From positions 1 through 64,000 of the IMG/VR virus record IMGVR_UViG_3300024549_000205: DNA of 64,000 bases; one strand, 5' to 3'. Both the position numbers and the translations under genes were made by a program. Origin of the DNA: a virus. Taxonomy: Duplodnaviria > Caudoviricetes. How positions within the stretch are numbered: the stretch's first letter is position 1; each line of letters begins with the position of its first letter. The notes under the pieces are model-generated. The model searched no databases. It was not told the origin of the DNA and worked only from the letters and a program-made list of their open reading frames with translations. Shown in pieces: positions 8,739 through 18,100 of this stretch.

Positions 8739-9755
8739 TTAATATGATAAATTATATTTTTCTTTTATTTCGTTTAGCTTAGTGGCATAAAACCACGTAC
8801 AAAACTTTTTAGAATTCTCATCATTCAATACAGTTTCTAAATATGGATCTTTTGTTGGATCAGTTCCCATGTGGTATTTACCTTTATAGAAAGCTGGGTA
8901 TCCATTTCCTGTTTCAGAAACTATTCCTGCGTTATGAAAGATTGTGTGAGACTCTAATTTTACAATAGGATCTGTTGCCCATGCAAAATCTAATTCTCTC
9001 ACCACTTTTGTCTCTTGATCTCTTAACCAGATGTTCCATAAGACAGCCCACATATCTGCACACCAACTTTGAAACCCTGAGTTTTCATCTTTAAAAAATT
9101 CTCTATTTATCTTTTGTAAATAGGTTCTTATAAGAATACAATCATTCATCACCTTACTCCAAAAATCAGCATCTACATTCTTTAATAGATATTGTGCTCC
9201 TCCTGAATGATCATTATTAGCTTCAGCTATCTCTCTACTGATTCCAATAACACTTGCTATTTCTGCAAGAACATCTCTACCTTTATACTCTTCTAATTTT
9301 TCTGGTAACACTTGATGTATCTTACTATCAAAATATTTAGCGTTGATATAGCTATTTGTGTCTGATAGATAGTTTATGTCATCTTCTAAAAACTGATCTA
9401 CATTAAAGTCTTTCATAAATAGAATGTCAGAATCACAATAGAAGATTGCTTTCTCACTTAGTTCTGGATGTTTCTTAAAATGTTTCCAAAGAACATATGG
9501 TCTAAGTACAGGAATGTATATTCCTATTAATCTATTTAAGTTGTCTTCATCTTCATAGAAATGAAATTCAGCTTCTGGATACAACTCTTCGATTTGTTTC
9601 CACTTATCTCTATTCTCTCTTCCTTTAGGAGTGAATATAAGATTGATTGCTTTGTCAGAATGTCCTATCTCTTTTAGACTTTCCATCCATAAGTTTACTT
9701 GCCATGTGTAATAGATGTCACTTGGACATGCTTGGACAAATTTTAAATCTTTCAT
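8739..9755 (-). CDS. GT-A glycosyltransferase resembling plant peptidyl O-glycosyltransferases (GT95 HPAT / GT96 SGT1)
   Basis: YYTWQVNLWMESL...YIPVLRPYVLWKHF...IFYCDSDILF (DxD)...WCADMWAV; same motif order as YxxWQ...YxxxNKP/NRP...DxD...WxxEMY in GT95/96. Confidence 0.7.
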   Translation of the reverse strand: MKDLKFVQACPSDIYYTWQVNLWMESLKEIGHSDKAINLIFTPKGRENRDKWKQIEELYPEAEFHFYEDEDNLNRLIGIYIPVLRPYVLWKHFKKHPELSEKAIFYCDSDILFMKDFNVDQFLEDDINYLSDTNSYINAKYFDSKIHQVLPEKLEEYKGRDVLAEIASVIGISREIAEANNDHSGGAQYLLKNVDADFWSKVMNDCILIRTYLQKINREFFKDENSGFQSWCADMWAVLWNIWLRDQETKVVRELDFAWATDPIVKLESHTIFHNAGIVSETGNGYPAFYKGKYHMGTDPTKDPYLETVLNDENSKKFCTWFYATKLNEIKEKYNLSY

Positions 9756-9794
9756 AATGTAGTTGGTTTATTATATTTTATTGTTGTGTGTTTA

Positions 9795-9998
9795 TTAGTT
9801 TTCTGGGAAAGGTGTATATTCAATACGCTCTAACTCATTAAGTTGGTCATAAATTTCTGAAAAGTTTGGGTCGTTTAAGACCTCTAAACCAACTATCCAT
9901 CTGTCGCTACCATCTTTTACAAATAGTAATTCTGAAGCGTTATTTTTATACCCATTCAAAGCGGTATATTGTTCTAAATTTGGATGTAAAACTATCAT
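9795..9998 (-). CDS. Hypothetical protein (67 aa), possible fibre chaperone
   Basis: Small acidic ORF directly after a beta-rich structural gene. Confidence 0.6.
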   Translation of the reverse strand: MIVLHPNLEQYTALNGYKNNASELLFVKDGSDRWIVGLEVLNDPNFSEIYDQLNELERIEYTPFPEN

Positions 9999-9999
9999 G

Positions 10000-10773
10000 T
10001 TATAAAGAAGTTATATAAGTGTTAAACGCATTTACAAAAGCTGTATTTTCAGCTACCAAAGAAGCACCATTTGCATACATAGATACTCTATGTGCTCCAT
10101 ACAATGAGCCAGAACGTAAAACAAATTGATTATTACTATTCATACTTGCCGATGTTGCTGTTCTACTTCCTTGCGTTGTAGCATTAAACAACTCTATGTT
10201 TGTAGAATTTGTACGATGTATTGATTTCATTCCTTGAGTAGCTGTAAAATCAAAAGAACCACCAGTTAACCCTGTTGTTCCTTGATTAATTCTTTGACTG
10301 CTAGTTGAACCTCTTATTATATTATTAATAGAAGCGGCTGATTTACCATCTAAAGCTCCAGTTCCACTTGCGGTATATAAATATAAATATCTACTTGCAT
10401 TGTTTTGTAAATAATTAACTCCTTGAGTAACCGCATTAAAATTCGTATCTATATAACTACTTGTTCCATTACCTTGAAATCCTTGATTAGTTGTGAAAGT
10501 TGGAGAATTAATTAAAGTTGATTGATTTAATGTAGGTGCTTTCCAATTTAATGTAGCAAAATTTTGTCCACCATTATTAGCAAAAATATACAACACATCA
10601 AGTTTAGTCCATATACCACCCGCTTTTAAAGATAAAACCAAATTATTTTGTATAATTTGTTGAGAAGCTGTTGGCAACGTATATCCTAACGCAACAGCTC
10701 TATTCAACACAGCTTGATAATCTGCATCAAATGAGCTATTTTGTCCTTGTCCTGCTCCTAATAATGTTAACAT
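10000..10773 (-). CDS. Putative virion structural / lectin-like beta-sandwich protein
   Basis: LKAGGIWTKLDVLY...GFQGNGTSSYIDT; Asn/Ser/Thr/Gly-rich. Confidence 0.55.
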   Translation of the reverse strand: MLTLLGAGQGQNSSFDADYQAVLNRAVALGYTLPTASQQIIQNNLVLSLKAGGIWTKLDVLYIFANNGGQNFATLNWKAPTLNQSTLINSPTFTTNQGFQGNGTSSYIDTNFNAVTQGVNYLQNNASRYLYLYTASGTGALDGKSAASINNIIRGSTSSQRINQGTTGLTGGSFDFTATQGMKSIHRTNSTNIELFNATTQGSRTATSASMNSNNQFVLRSGSLYGAHRVSMYANGASLVAENTAFVNAFNTYITSL

Positions 10774-10774
10774 A

Positions 10775-11299
10775 TTATACGTAAGTTAAATTAACAATTA
10801 CATCTCCTGCTCCTACTGCCCCAGTATCATTATCTGCTGAACCACTTGTAATAGCAAATGATAAACCACTAATAAAATCAATAGGAATATTAAAAGGAAT
10901 TACAATACCTGCTCCTTGTGTATTAGCTGGAACTGGAATAGTAAGCACTGGAGTGTCAGTTCCTACTGTGGGAGCTGTTGCTTTATCATAAAACTTCAAA
11001 TATCTAACTGTACTTGTAAGCCCAATAGCCGAAACAACATATAATTTTGATTGTTGTGCATTTATTGTATTAGCATTAGTTGACGCTAATGAAATATATT
11101 TATATGGTTTTACAGTGTTTACATCTACAACATTCACTGTATTTTCTACAGTTACAGGAACTGGATCTGTTATATCATTAATTACTGTTACATCTGATGC
11201 AGTTCCTGTCACCTTTGTTAAGTATTCTAATTGTTTTGATATTTGCCATAATAGATTAGAGTCTGTTCCCCAACCTATCTGTCTTGAAGGTATTGCCAT
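10775..11299 (-). CDS. Putative virion structural protein
   Basis: MAIPSRQIGW...LWQISKQL anchor-like N-terminus; YLKFYDKATAPTVGTDTPV jelly-roll-like C-terminus. Confidence 0.55.
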   Translation of the reverse strand: MAIPSRQIGWGTDSNLLWQISKQLEYLTKVTGTASDVTVINDITDPVPVTVENTVNVVDVNTVKPYKYISLASTNANTINAQQSKLYVVSAIGLTSTVRYLKFYDKATAPTVGTDTPVLTIPVPANTQGAGIVIPFNIPIDFISGLSFAITSGSADNDTGAVGAGDVIVNLTYV

Positions 11300-11322
11300 G
11301 ATTTAAATTTTTATTCGTTATA

Positions 11323-11330
11323 CAAAAATA
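11323..11330 (-). promoter_or_regulatory. Bacteroidota -7 element TATTTTTG
   Basis: TAnnTTTG ~24 nt upstream of the ATG at 11299. Confidence 0.55.
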
Positions 11331-11371
11331 AGTTTTTTTAATTATAAGTAGATGATTATCACCAAAATAAA

Positions 11372-11412
11372 ATAACAAAAATAGTTAGAACGAGTCTAAC
11401 TAGTTTGATTAT
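11372..11412. repeat. Inverted pair of the 18-bp intergenic motif
   Basis: ataacaaaaatagttaga (11372-11389) and the reverse complement of 11395-11412, ataatcaaactagttaga. Confidence 0.6.
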
Positions 11413-11546
11413 TTACCTTGACCTCTATAAAGTTTCTTGTAATTCTTAGAACTTTTTAGAGAAGATGTTTTAGATTTAGCATGAATTCCAGGTCTGCTAA
11501 CTTTAGTTTTCACCTGTTTCTCTACTGTATTGGTTTGTTTTGCCAT
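11409..11546 (-). CDS. Small basic YRGQG-type protein, 45 aa (not in the supplied ORF track)
   Basis: Translated by hand: MAKQTNTVEKQVKTKVSRPGIHAKSKTSSLKSSKNYKKLYRGQGK. Confidence 0.75.
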   Translation of the reverse strand: MAKQTNTVEKQVKTKVSRPGIHAKSKTSSLKSSKNYKKLYRGQGK

Positions 11547-11549
11547 GGT

Positions 11550-12017
11550 TTAAAATAAATTATATTCAAAAATGAATCCATACCCTGATGGATTATTTGG
11601 TTGTACAAAGTATTGAACACCTAAATTAAACTTAGGAAATTCAAGCATTATATTTGTATACAACATGGGTTCATTTAATGTAAGTCTTATTGTTTGAACA
11701 CCTGCATACCCATGAAGTTCAGGTTTCTTCCACCATCCTATTGCTTTATCTTGAACAGTAATGATTTCATCTTTCTTAGAAAGGATGCTATCTTTTATCT
11801 TAATGATCTCTACAAGCTCATCGTTCTGCTCTTGTAGATTCTTAATCTCTTCATTTTTTAGTAATAGATGTTGTTTGCAAAAATCTCCGTTAACAAGATC
11901 TTTAACTACTTCTCTAGCTACTTTTTCATTCAATACTATCTTTTTGATGGTATCTGTCTGTGAAATACTCTTGAAGCTCACTAATAGACATAGTATCAAT
12001 AACCTTAATTGTGTCAT
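11550..12017 (-). CDS. Putative outer-membrane spanin-like component
   Basis: Signal-peptide-like N-terminus, coiled coil, amphipathic beta strands ending in Phe; overlaps the upstream i-spanin-like gene by 92 nt; last gene of the lysis cassette. Confidence 0.5.
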   Translation of the reverse strand: MTQLRLLILCLLVSFKSISQTDTIKKIVLNEKVAREVVKDLVNGDFCKQHLLLKNEEIKNLQEQNDELVEIIKIKDSILSKKDEIITVQDKAIGWWKKPELHGYAGVQTIRLTLNEPMLYTNIMLEFPKFNLGVQYFVQPNNPSGYGFIFEYNLF

Positions 12018-12276
12018 GTTGTATTTGTATTAATGTTTTTTCTTTTTGAATAATAGTACTTTCACTAATTTTTAAACTATCAAGTTTATTCCAGTGTAGT
12101 TCTTCTTTTTGCTCAAGTACTTCAATCTCTTTTTCAAGACGTTGCTTTTCTTTTTCTAATTCACTATTCTGTCCTATTCCATAAAACAAGAATAGAAAGA
12201 ACAGTATAATTAAAATGGACCCAAGCCATTGTTGTTTTATGAAATTACTTATACGGTACATAACTTGTTTTACCAC
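11926..12276 (-). CDS. Putative inner-membrane spanin
   Basis: Single N-terminal TM (WLGSILIILFFLFLFYGIG) followed by a coiled coil; follows the endolysins. Confidence 0.55.
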   Translation of the reverse strand: MVKQVMYRISNFIKQQWLGSILIILFFLFLFYGIGQNSELEKEKQRLEKEIEVLEQKEELHWNKLDSLKISESTIIQKEKTLIQIQHDTIKVIDTMSISELQEYFTDRYHQKDSIE

Positions 12277-12706
12277 CTGATTTAACAGCTTTTAAAATTT
12301 GTTTACGTTGTTTACCAGTTGATTCATATGATACATGAACCCAATCAGGATTTTTATCAGTACCAAATTCCCAAATCATTTGATCAAAGTTTAAGTTGTC
12401 TTTAATGAACTTAAATATTTGTGCATTAGTTATTGATGTACCATCCATATCAATATCAATTGCTTCACCAGAACAATGCTGAGAGGACAAACTTCCTCCA
12501 ATAGCAGTATTAAGAGCCTTGCTTCTGTACCCTGATGAAATATGAATAGGAACTTCAAAGTGTTCTCTAATTGGCTGGAATATATTCTCAGCTAACTTTT
12601 TAAAATTTTCAATGTGTTCTGGAGTTGGCATATTGCTAATTCCTTTTCTCTTTGCAGTTTCACTTCTTGTTACTTCTGCTAACGATAGGTTTTCTGATAA
12701 TTGCAT
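12245..12706 (-). CDS. Endolysin, peptidase M15 family
   Basis: ISSGYRS...N..IGG...SQH..GEAIDID...DQMIWE...WVHVS. Confidence 0.9.
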   Translation of the reverse strand: MQLSENLSLAEVTRSETAKRKGISNMPTPEHIENFKKLAENIFQPIREHFEVPIHISSGYRSKALNTAIGGSLSSQHCSGEAIDIDMDGTSITNAQIFKFIKDNLNFDQMIWEFGTDKNPDWVHVSYESTGKQRKQILKAVKSGGKTSYVPYK

Positions 12707-12709
12707 AAT

Positions 12710-13168
12710 TTATTTTTTAAAATATAATTTAGATTCTGCTTCTCTTCTTGCTACAAGACCTTTCAAAGTTTTTCCTCCTGCTTTTACCCATTTCATAAAC
12801 TCTAGTTTAATACTTTCGTCTGCAGGATTAGCATTCACTTTCTTCAATAGAGTGGAAGATTTTAAATTTGCTGGACCTAAGTTATAAGCAAATGATACTA
12901 ATGCATCAAATTGATTTTGATTGATGTCATCTCTACAATAACTATCTACATACTTCTCAAAACTAACAAGCATATGTTTTAATAACTCAACTGATTCTGT
13001 TTCAGTAAGAGCTTTATCAGTCATTGTTACTTTCTTACCATTAGGATAGAATGTTGCTCCATACCCAATTGTTGGTATACCTGCTGGACATTTGTATGGA
13101 GCTGATTTAAACCCTTCAAAGGTTTTAATCAATTCAACACCTGCCACTCCTGTTTTAGTTATCTTCAT
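12710..13168 (-). CDS. Endolysin, GH24 lysozyme
   Basis: LIKTFEG...YKCPAGIPTIGYG...NQNQFDALVSFAYNLG...GLVARREAE. Confidence 0.95.
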   Translation of the reverse strand: MKITKTGVAGVELIKTFEGFKSAPYKCPAGIPTIGYGATFYPNGKKVTMTDKALTETESVELLKHMLVSFEKYVDSYCRDDINQNQFDALVSFAYNLGPANLKSSTLLKKVNANPADESIKLEFMKWVKAGGKTLKGLVARREAESKLYFKK

Positions 13169-13392
13169 TATTGTTTACTCTTAGTAAATTTATCAATTGA
13201 TGTAAGGCCTAATGCACCAAATGCAAACAAAGCTACAGACTCTACAAGAACATCTGAAGGCTTAATTAATTCATGACTGAATGTGTTAGCAATTAAAGAT
13301 GCTACAAGTGCAACAACACATAAAAGTCCTGCTACACGTTTAGATGAAACTCTATTTGATTCATCACTTACTAATTCTTTCCAAAAGCTCAT
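13168..13392 (-). CDS. Putative holin (2 TM)
   Basis: 74 aa, SSKRV followed by two hydrophobic helices and a basic C-terminus; TAATG-coupled to the lysozyme. Confidence 0.7.
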   Translation of the reverse strand: MSFWKELVSDESNRVSSKRVAGLLCVVALVASLIANTFSHELIKPSDVLVESVALFAFGALGLTSIDKFTKSKQ

Positions 13393-13394
13393 AA

Positions 13395-14150
13395 CTATTT
13401 AATTTTATTATTACTATTTTCTTGTGTGGCATATTTAATACCCATAATTGTACCAACTATTGAAAATGCGTTTGTCAATAAGACACTAAACATGTTACTC
13501 CAAGTAGACCCAATAATTTGAGTTTCTTTATTTGTTACAATAGCTGCCCAATATAATACAGTTGTTACAATTCCAACACCTATTATTACTGCCAAAGCAC
13601 ATTTAACAATCACTTTTATTAACTCACTTTGACCTTTTTTTATAATTACATCTAAATCATTCAAAGCAGCATCTTTTTCTTTCTCTATTGAATCTTTAAG
13701 TTTTTCAGATTTTTCCAACTCAATCTGTAAGTCTTTAGATAAAGCATCAATCTTGTTTTTACTATCTACTGTTTCAGTAATGTCAGTAGCAATCTTCATT
13801 ATTTTTGTAATATTACCCTCTTCATTAAAAATAGGATTGTAAGTTGCTTGTAAATAAATAGGACTGCCATCTATTTTTTTTCTTTCAAACTCTCCTTCAA
13901 AGAATATACCCTCTCTTAATTTTTCCCAAAACTTAACGTACTCATCAGATTTAGAATACTCATAAGTAACAAAAATACTATGATGTTTTCCAATAAGTTT
14001 TTCGTGTTCATCTTCTTGAAAACCCATAGTCTTTAAAAAGATAGAATTTACTCCCAATATAAAACCTTCTAAATCAAAATAAATAATAGCATTACTTCTA
14101 TTAATAGCTTCAAGACGACTTAATAGCTCTTCTTTAGGTAGGTTTTTCAT
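13395..14150 (-). CDS. PAS/PAC sensor domain + coiled coil + two C-terminal TM helices
   Basis: AINRSNAIIYFDLEG.I..VN..FL..MGF...LIGKHHSIFV...FWEKL..G....GEFER...DG..IYLQATYNPI...G...KIMKIATDIT, the PAS type of soluble chemoreceptors such as BdlA. Confidence 0.9.
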   Translation of the reverse strand: MKNLPKEELLSRLEAINRSNAIIYFDLEGFILGVNSIFLKTMGFQEDEHEKLIGKHHSIFVTYEYSKSDEYVKFWEKLREGIFFEGEFERKKIDGSPIYLQATYNPIFNEEGNITKIMKIATDITETVDSKNKIDALSKDLQIELEKSEKLKDSIEKEKDAALNDLDVIIKKGQSELIKVIVKCALAVIIGVGIVTTVLYWAAIVTNKETQIIGSTWSNMFSVLLTNAFSIVGTIMGIKYATQENSNNKIK

Positions 14151-14470
14151 TATGATGTAATATTTTTATATAATGTAGATATGTATTGTAATAAGACACC
14201 TATCCCTACGATTATACCTACAGTCCAGGTAAATCGTTTCTTAAACTCTTCTTGTTTTTGAATCTTAGTTTCTAAATCTTTGATTCGTTCTTTAAGTTCA
14301 GTTATGTCTGTAACAAATCCACCAGTTTTTGTCAAAGCATTACCTAATATAGCATCCACCACTTGTGTTAGTTTGCTATCTATAGAGGTCATTTTTTCCT
14401 CTAGATCGTATAAACGTTGATCCATGCTCTTCAATTCTTTTTCTACTTGTTGTTCAAATGATTGGGCCAT
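14150..14470 (-). CDS. Coiled-coil protein with C-terminal TM (XhlA/holin-accessory-like)
   Basis: Heptad pattern followed by FTWTVGIIVGIGVLLQYI; first gene of the lysis cassette. Confidence 0.6.
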   Translation of the reverse strand: MAQSFEQQVEKELKSMDQRLYDLEEKMTSIDSKLTQVVDAILGNALTKTGGFVTDITELKERIKDLETKIQKQEEFKKRFTWTVGIIVGIGVLLQYISTLYKNITS

Positions 14471-14567
14471 ACTGGTAAAGATTTTTATATATATATTACT
14501 TATTTAAACGCAAAATGCCCAAGCTCGAAGTTGAGTGGGTTTGTTGGTTACATATATAATTAAAGAA

Positions 14568-14575
14568 CAAATATA
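14568..14575 (-). promoter_or_regulatory. Bacteroidota -7 element TATATTTG (lysis cassette promoter)
   Basis: TAnnTTTG in the intergenic region; tataatatagc box 52 nt away, as at 15058. Confidence 0.55.
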
Positions 14576-14662
14576 AATTGTTTATTCCATATAAAGAAAT
14601 GCTAATATTATATTTCTGATATAATATAGCATAAGGTAAATATATTTACGTAGAGCTTGTTC

Positions 14663-15052
14663 TTAGTGAACAATCTTTAAAAGATCTCCTGTACGATATA
14701 TTTGACCAACACTCAATCCTGCAAATATAGCAGAAGCATTATCAGAATATTGAGGAGTGATTTTAGGTGTTGTTAATACAATACTCCAATCATTTGATCC
14801 AGCACCTACTGACTTAGCAAAATATAATATAGAATTAGTTGTATTCAAATAAAGCTGTCCTATATATGTAGCAGAAGTAGTAGGAGCAGTGGTACCAGTT
14901 TTTGGTACCAAGTTATTATTTATTTTAGCTAATATAGACTCAAGACTTTCTAAAGGATTGGCTTGTATATTAGTTAAATAAGAGCCATTGTATATAATGC
15001 ATTTAGCATTTTCATATGTGGCACACGTTGGGCAAATTGCAGCTGTTCTCAT
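14663..15052 (-). CDS. Short fibre/decoration protein with Cys-containing anchor module
   Basis: CIIYNGxxL...LESILAKIN shared with genes at 56917-60514; GTTAPT...GQLYLNT and AGLSVGQIYRTG fibre-like motifs. Confidence 0.6.
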   Translation of the reverse strand: MRTAAICPTCATYENAKCIIYNGSYLTNIQANPLESLESILAKINNNLVPKTGTTAPTTSATYIGQLYLNTTNSILYFAKSVGAGSNDWSIVLTTPKITPQYSDNASAIFAGLSVGQIYRTGDLLKIVH

Positions 15053-15057
15053 GTGAG

Positions 15058-15065
15058 CAAATTTA
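15058..15065 (-). promoter_or_regulatory. Bacteroidota -7 element TAAATTTG, possibly driving a leaderless mRNA
   Basis: TAnnTTTG ends 6 nt before the ATG at 15052. Confidence 0.55.
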
Positions 15066-15122
15066 TATATTAATTATGTATTATAAAAGGGTGTATGTTA
15101 GATATTTGGTATAATATAGCGT

Positions 15123-18100
15123 TTATCTACTTCTTGATTCTCCAGTAACTCGTATACCTTGTTCTTTAGCCAATTCTGGATACAAGTAAGGTAATAATTC
15201 ATTTTGAAATTGTGCAGCTACAGGAATCATATTAAAGAAGTATTTAGTAGGGTGTGATTTTTCAATCATCTCTTCATCGCCTGAAACTTGTCCATACATT
15301 TCTCTACCTGTATACCAAAACACTTGTGTAGCTCTACTTAAAAGCCCAAGAGATGGAATTACAGATCCTTTAGTCATACTTTCAAATGATAAAGGATTGT
15401 AGTAGAAAGTAATCTCATCAGACACTTTATTTACAAGTTTTAGATACCACTTGTATCTATTTTTTTCTTCTTCTGTAGCATCTTCTGGTGGTTCAGCTGC
15501 TTTAGCTGCAAGAACTAATGACATCATTCCAAACAATAAGTATAGTTCTTTCATTTGATTACCTATTTGTTCTCTGATAAGATCTTGGAATTCCTCTTCT
15601 GTAATCTCTAATTCTTGACCAGTCTTTCTAAAGTAATCTAATTTCTTAGCCTCAAGCATTTCATTAAGAATTTGTAATCCTTCATCAGTACCAGTTATAA
15701 TGGCTCTCATTTTTGATATGTTTCTAAACCCTACATGTTGCCAAGTTTTAACAAACGCTCTAGTTCTACCATATTCCCATTTATCAAGTTCTGCATTTTT
15801 ATCAATTCCTAACGTATGTTCAGCAACTAACTTAGGCATCCAGTTTTTGAACATCATGAATGAACTAAATATAGTATCTCTTCTGTACCCAGCTTTATTG
15901 TCTTCATTCATCTGACCATTAAGCTTTCTACCATATTCAATAATAGATGTACGAAACTTAGCTAACTCTGAATCACTCACTCCTGGAATAATCACTTCAT
16001 CATTTTCAATAGTAGCCACCTTATCTAATGAAGAAGATTCTTTTAATTCTTTAACTCTTTCATTAAATGATTTCTCTAAAGCTTTTCTTTCGCTTTCAGA
16101 CAATTCTTTTCTAGCATTTCTATCTTGTTGTTTTAAGTACTGAACTATGTTCACAATCTTACCATCTACAACCATTGAGTTATCGATAATACTCAATGCA
16201 TTACCCATTTGTAATCTTCTTTCAGCAAAAGAGTTAGTTGACATCATCACATCAGTGAATGTCCATGTAGACAGGTATTTACCAAGTCCTTGTTTCTTAG
16301 CTATCTTTCTTCTTTCTTCTGTAGTAACATCTTCATTCAGTGGTACAATAAGATCTAAAAGTCCTTTTTGTATTACAGTGAAACCTTTTCCTGTAACAAC
16401 CTTTAAGTTGTTCTTTTGAAATTCTGCAAATGAATACATTGTTCCACCATTAACGAATGCTTGAAAGTTGTATCCAATAAAGTTGGCTATAGCAATAAGA
16501 GGTTTAAGACCAACCGCAAGAGATCTAGTTAATGTATCAGCATTACTTAAAAGCTTTTTAGCATTCACTGTCTTAGCTTCTTTTTCTTCTTCTGTCTTAC
16601 CAAATTTTTCTCCAAACGTAGCAAAACCAACATTCCCTAATGAACCAAGATCTTGTCCTAGTTTGTATAGTCCATCTTCAATAATCACTTGTAATATATC
16701 TGCATTCTTATTTTCTGATTCATTTACACTCAACTCTCCATCTGTAAACTGAACAACACCATTCTCAACTATAAGACTTCCTTTAGATTTTTCAACAGCA
16801 TGTAATGTAAGAAGAGTGTTCTCTAAGTTCTTAGAACTTTCATATTCTAATAAAGACTTAACCCACATTGCACCCACCTTATTAAGGTCAGTAGACAATT
16901 GGTTCACAGCTTTATCTGTTTGAGTAAAGTATTTAGGAATTGACTTTCTCACTTTACCTGTCTCAGGATCAATTTTAGAAAGGTTTTGTCCCTCATTAAT
17001 TCTAGTTTGATAGAAGTCTGTCCATAAAGATTCTTTTGCTTGAGCAGTTACATCATTTGTCTGTGCAAACTTCTGAAGAATGGTAGCTTCTATTAATGGA
17101 AAGAATGAACTTCCTTGTTTATCAAGGTAACCCATTTGTCTAGCTTTAGCATTCAAATCGCTGAAGAATTGCCACACATCATGAGCAGCTTTATTTTTAC
17201 GAAGATCTTCATACTCTTTAGAATACTTACCATCTTCAATCATTGTTTCTCTGAATAACTGTTTGAATCTGTAATTATCGTATCCATCAAAGTATTCACT
17301 ATGTATATCTAAGGAATCTCTTAGTTTAGCTTTTCTCCAAGTACGTTGTAATGAATCTTCTTCTTGATCATTTGAGAATACAGTTTTATCAAGATCTGTC
17401 AATCCTTTATCAATTGCAGCCTTAGAAAGTTTATCATACTCCTCAATATTCATGTTCTTTAAAAAGAAATCTTTATCACGTTTCTCTCTAGCATCTTTTA
17501 ATTTATTCCAGAACGCAACGTCAAACTTTCTAATAAGGTTTAACCCTGTTGGAGACATTGTACCAATTAAGTCAAATGCATTCACTCCTCTTGCTGCAGC
17601 TTCTTTTTCTAATGGAATAAGAAGTTTCTCATACTCTTTCATTTTTCTTGAAAACTCAATATTCACAAGACTATTTGCATTCATAAGCATGTTTGACGCA
17701 AGCTTAATAATCTTAGCAGAAAGTTTAGATCCTTCTAAAAATGTTTTAGCAAAACCATCAATTTCTTTCTCAGCTTTCAATATAGTGGTTTTAGTCTCTT
17801 CTGTTGTGACTCCTTCTTTAATACCTAAGTGTACAGCATATTGATTTTGTAATTCAGAAATCTCATTCAACATTCGACCTGCCATAGAAGCAATGTGCTC
17901 TAGTTCTTTCAATATCTTTTTATTGTCATCAGTCATTCCCTCTCTTGTATATTCAGAAAGAAACACTTGATCCATTGATGTAAACTTTACAGCACTCACA
18001 CCATATTCAATTAAGTCTCCAAGCTTTTTATCTAACTCTTCTTTACTTATTGTATTATAGTCTATTTTAGCAAAGTCATCCAATGAAGTTCTTGCATTAT

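Noticed and set aside
13395-14150. Calling the PAS gene a methyl-accepting chemotaxis protein or host contamination
   Set aside because: No MCP signalling domain is present, and the gene is translationally coupled to phage lysis genes.
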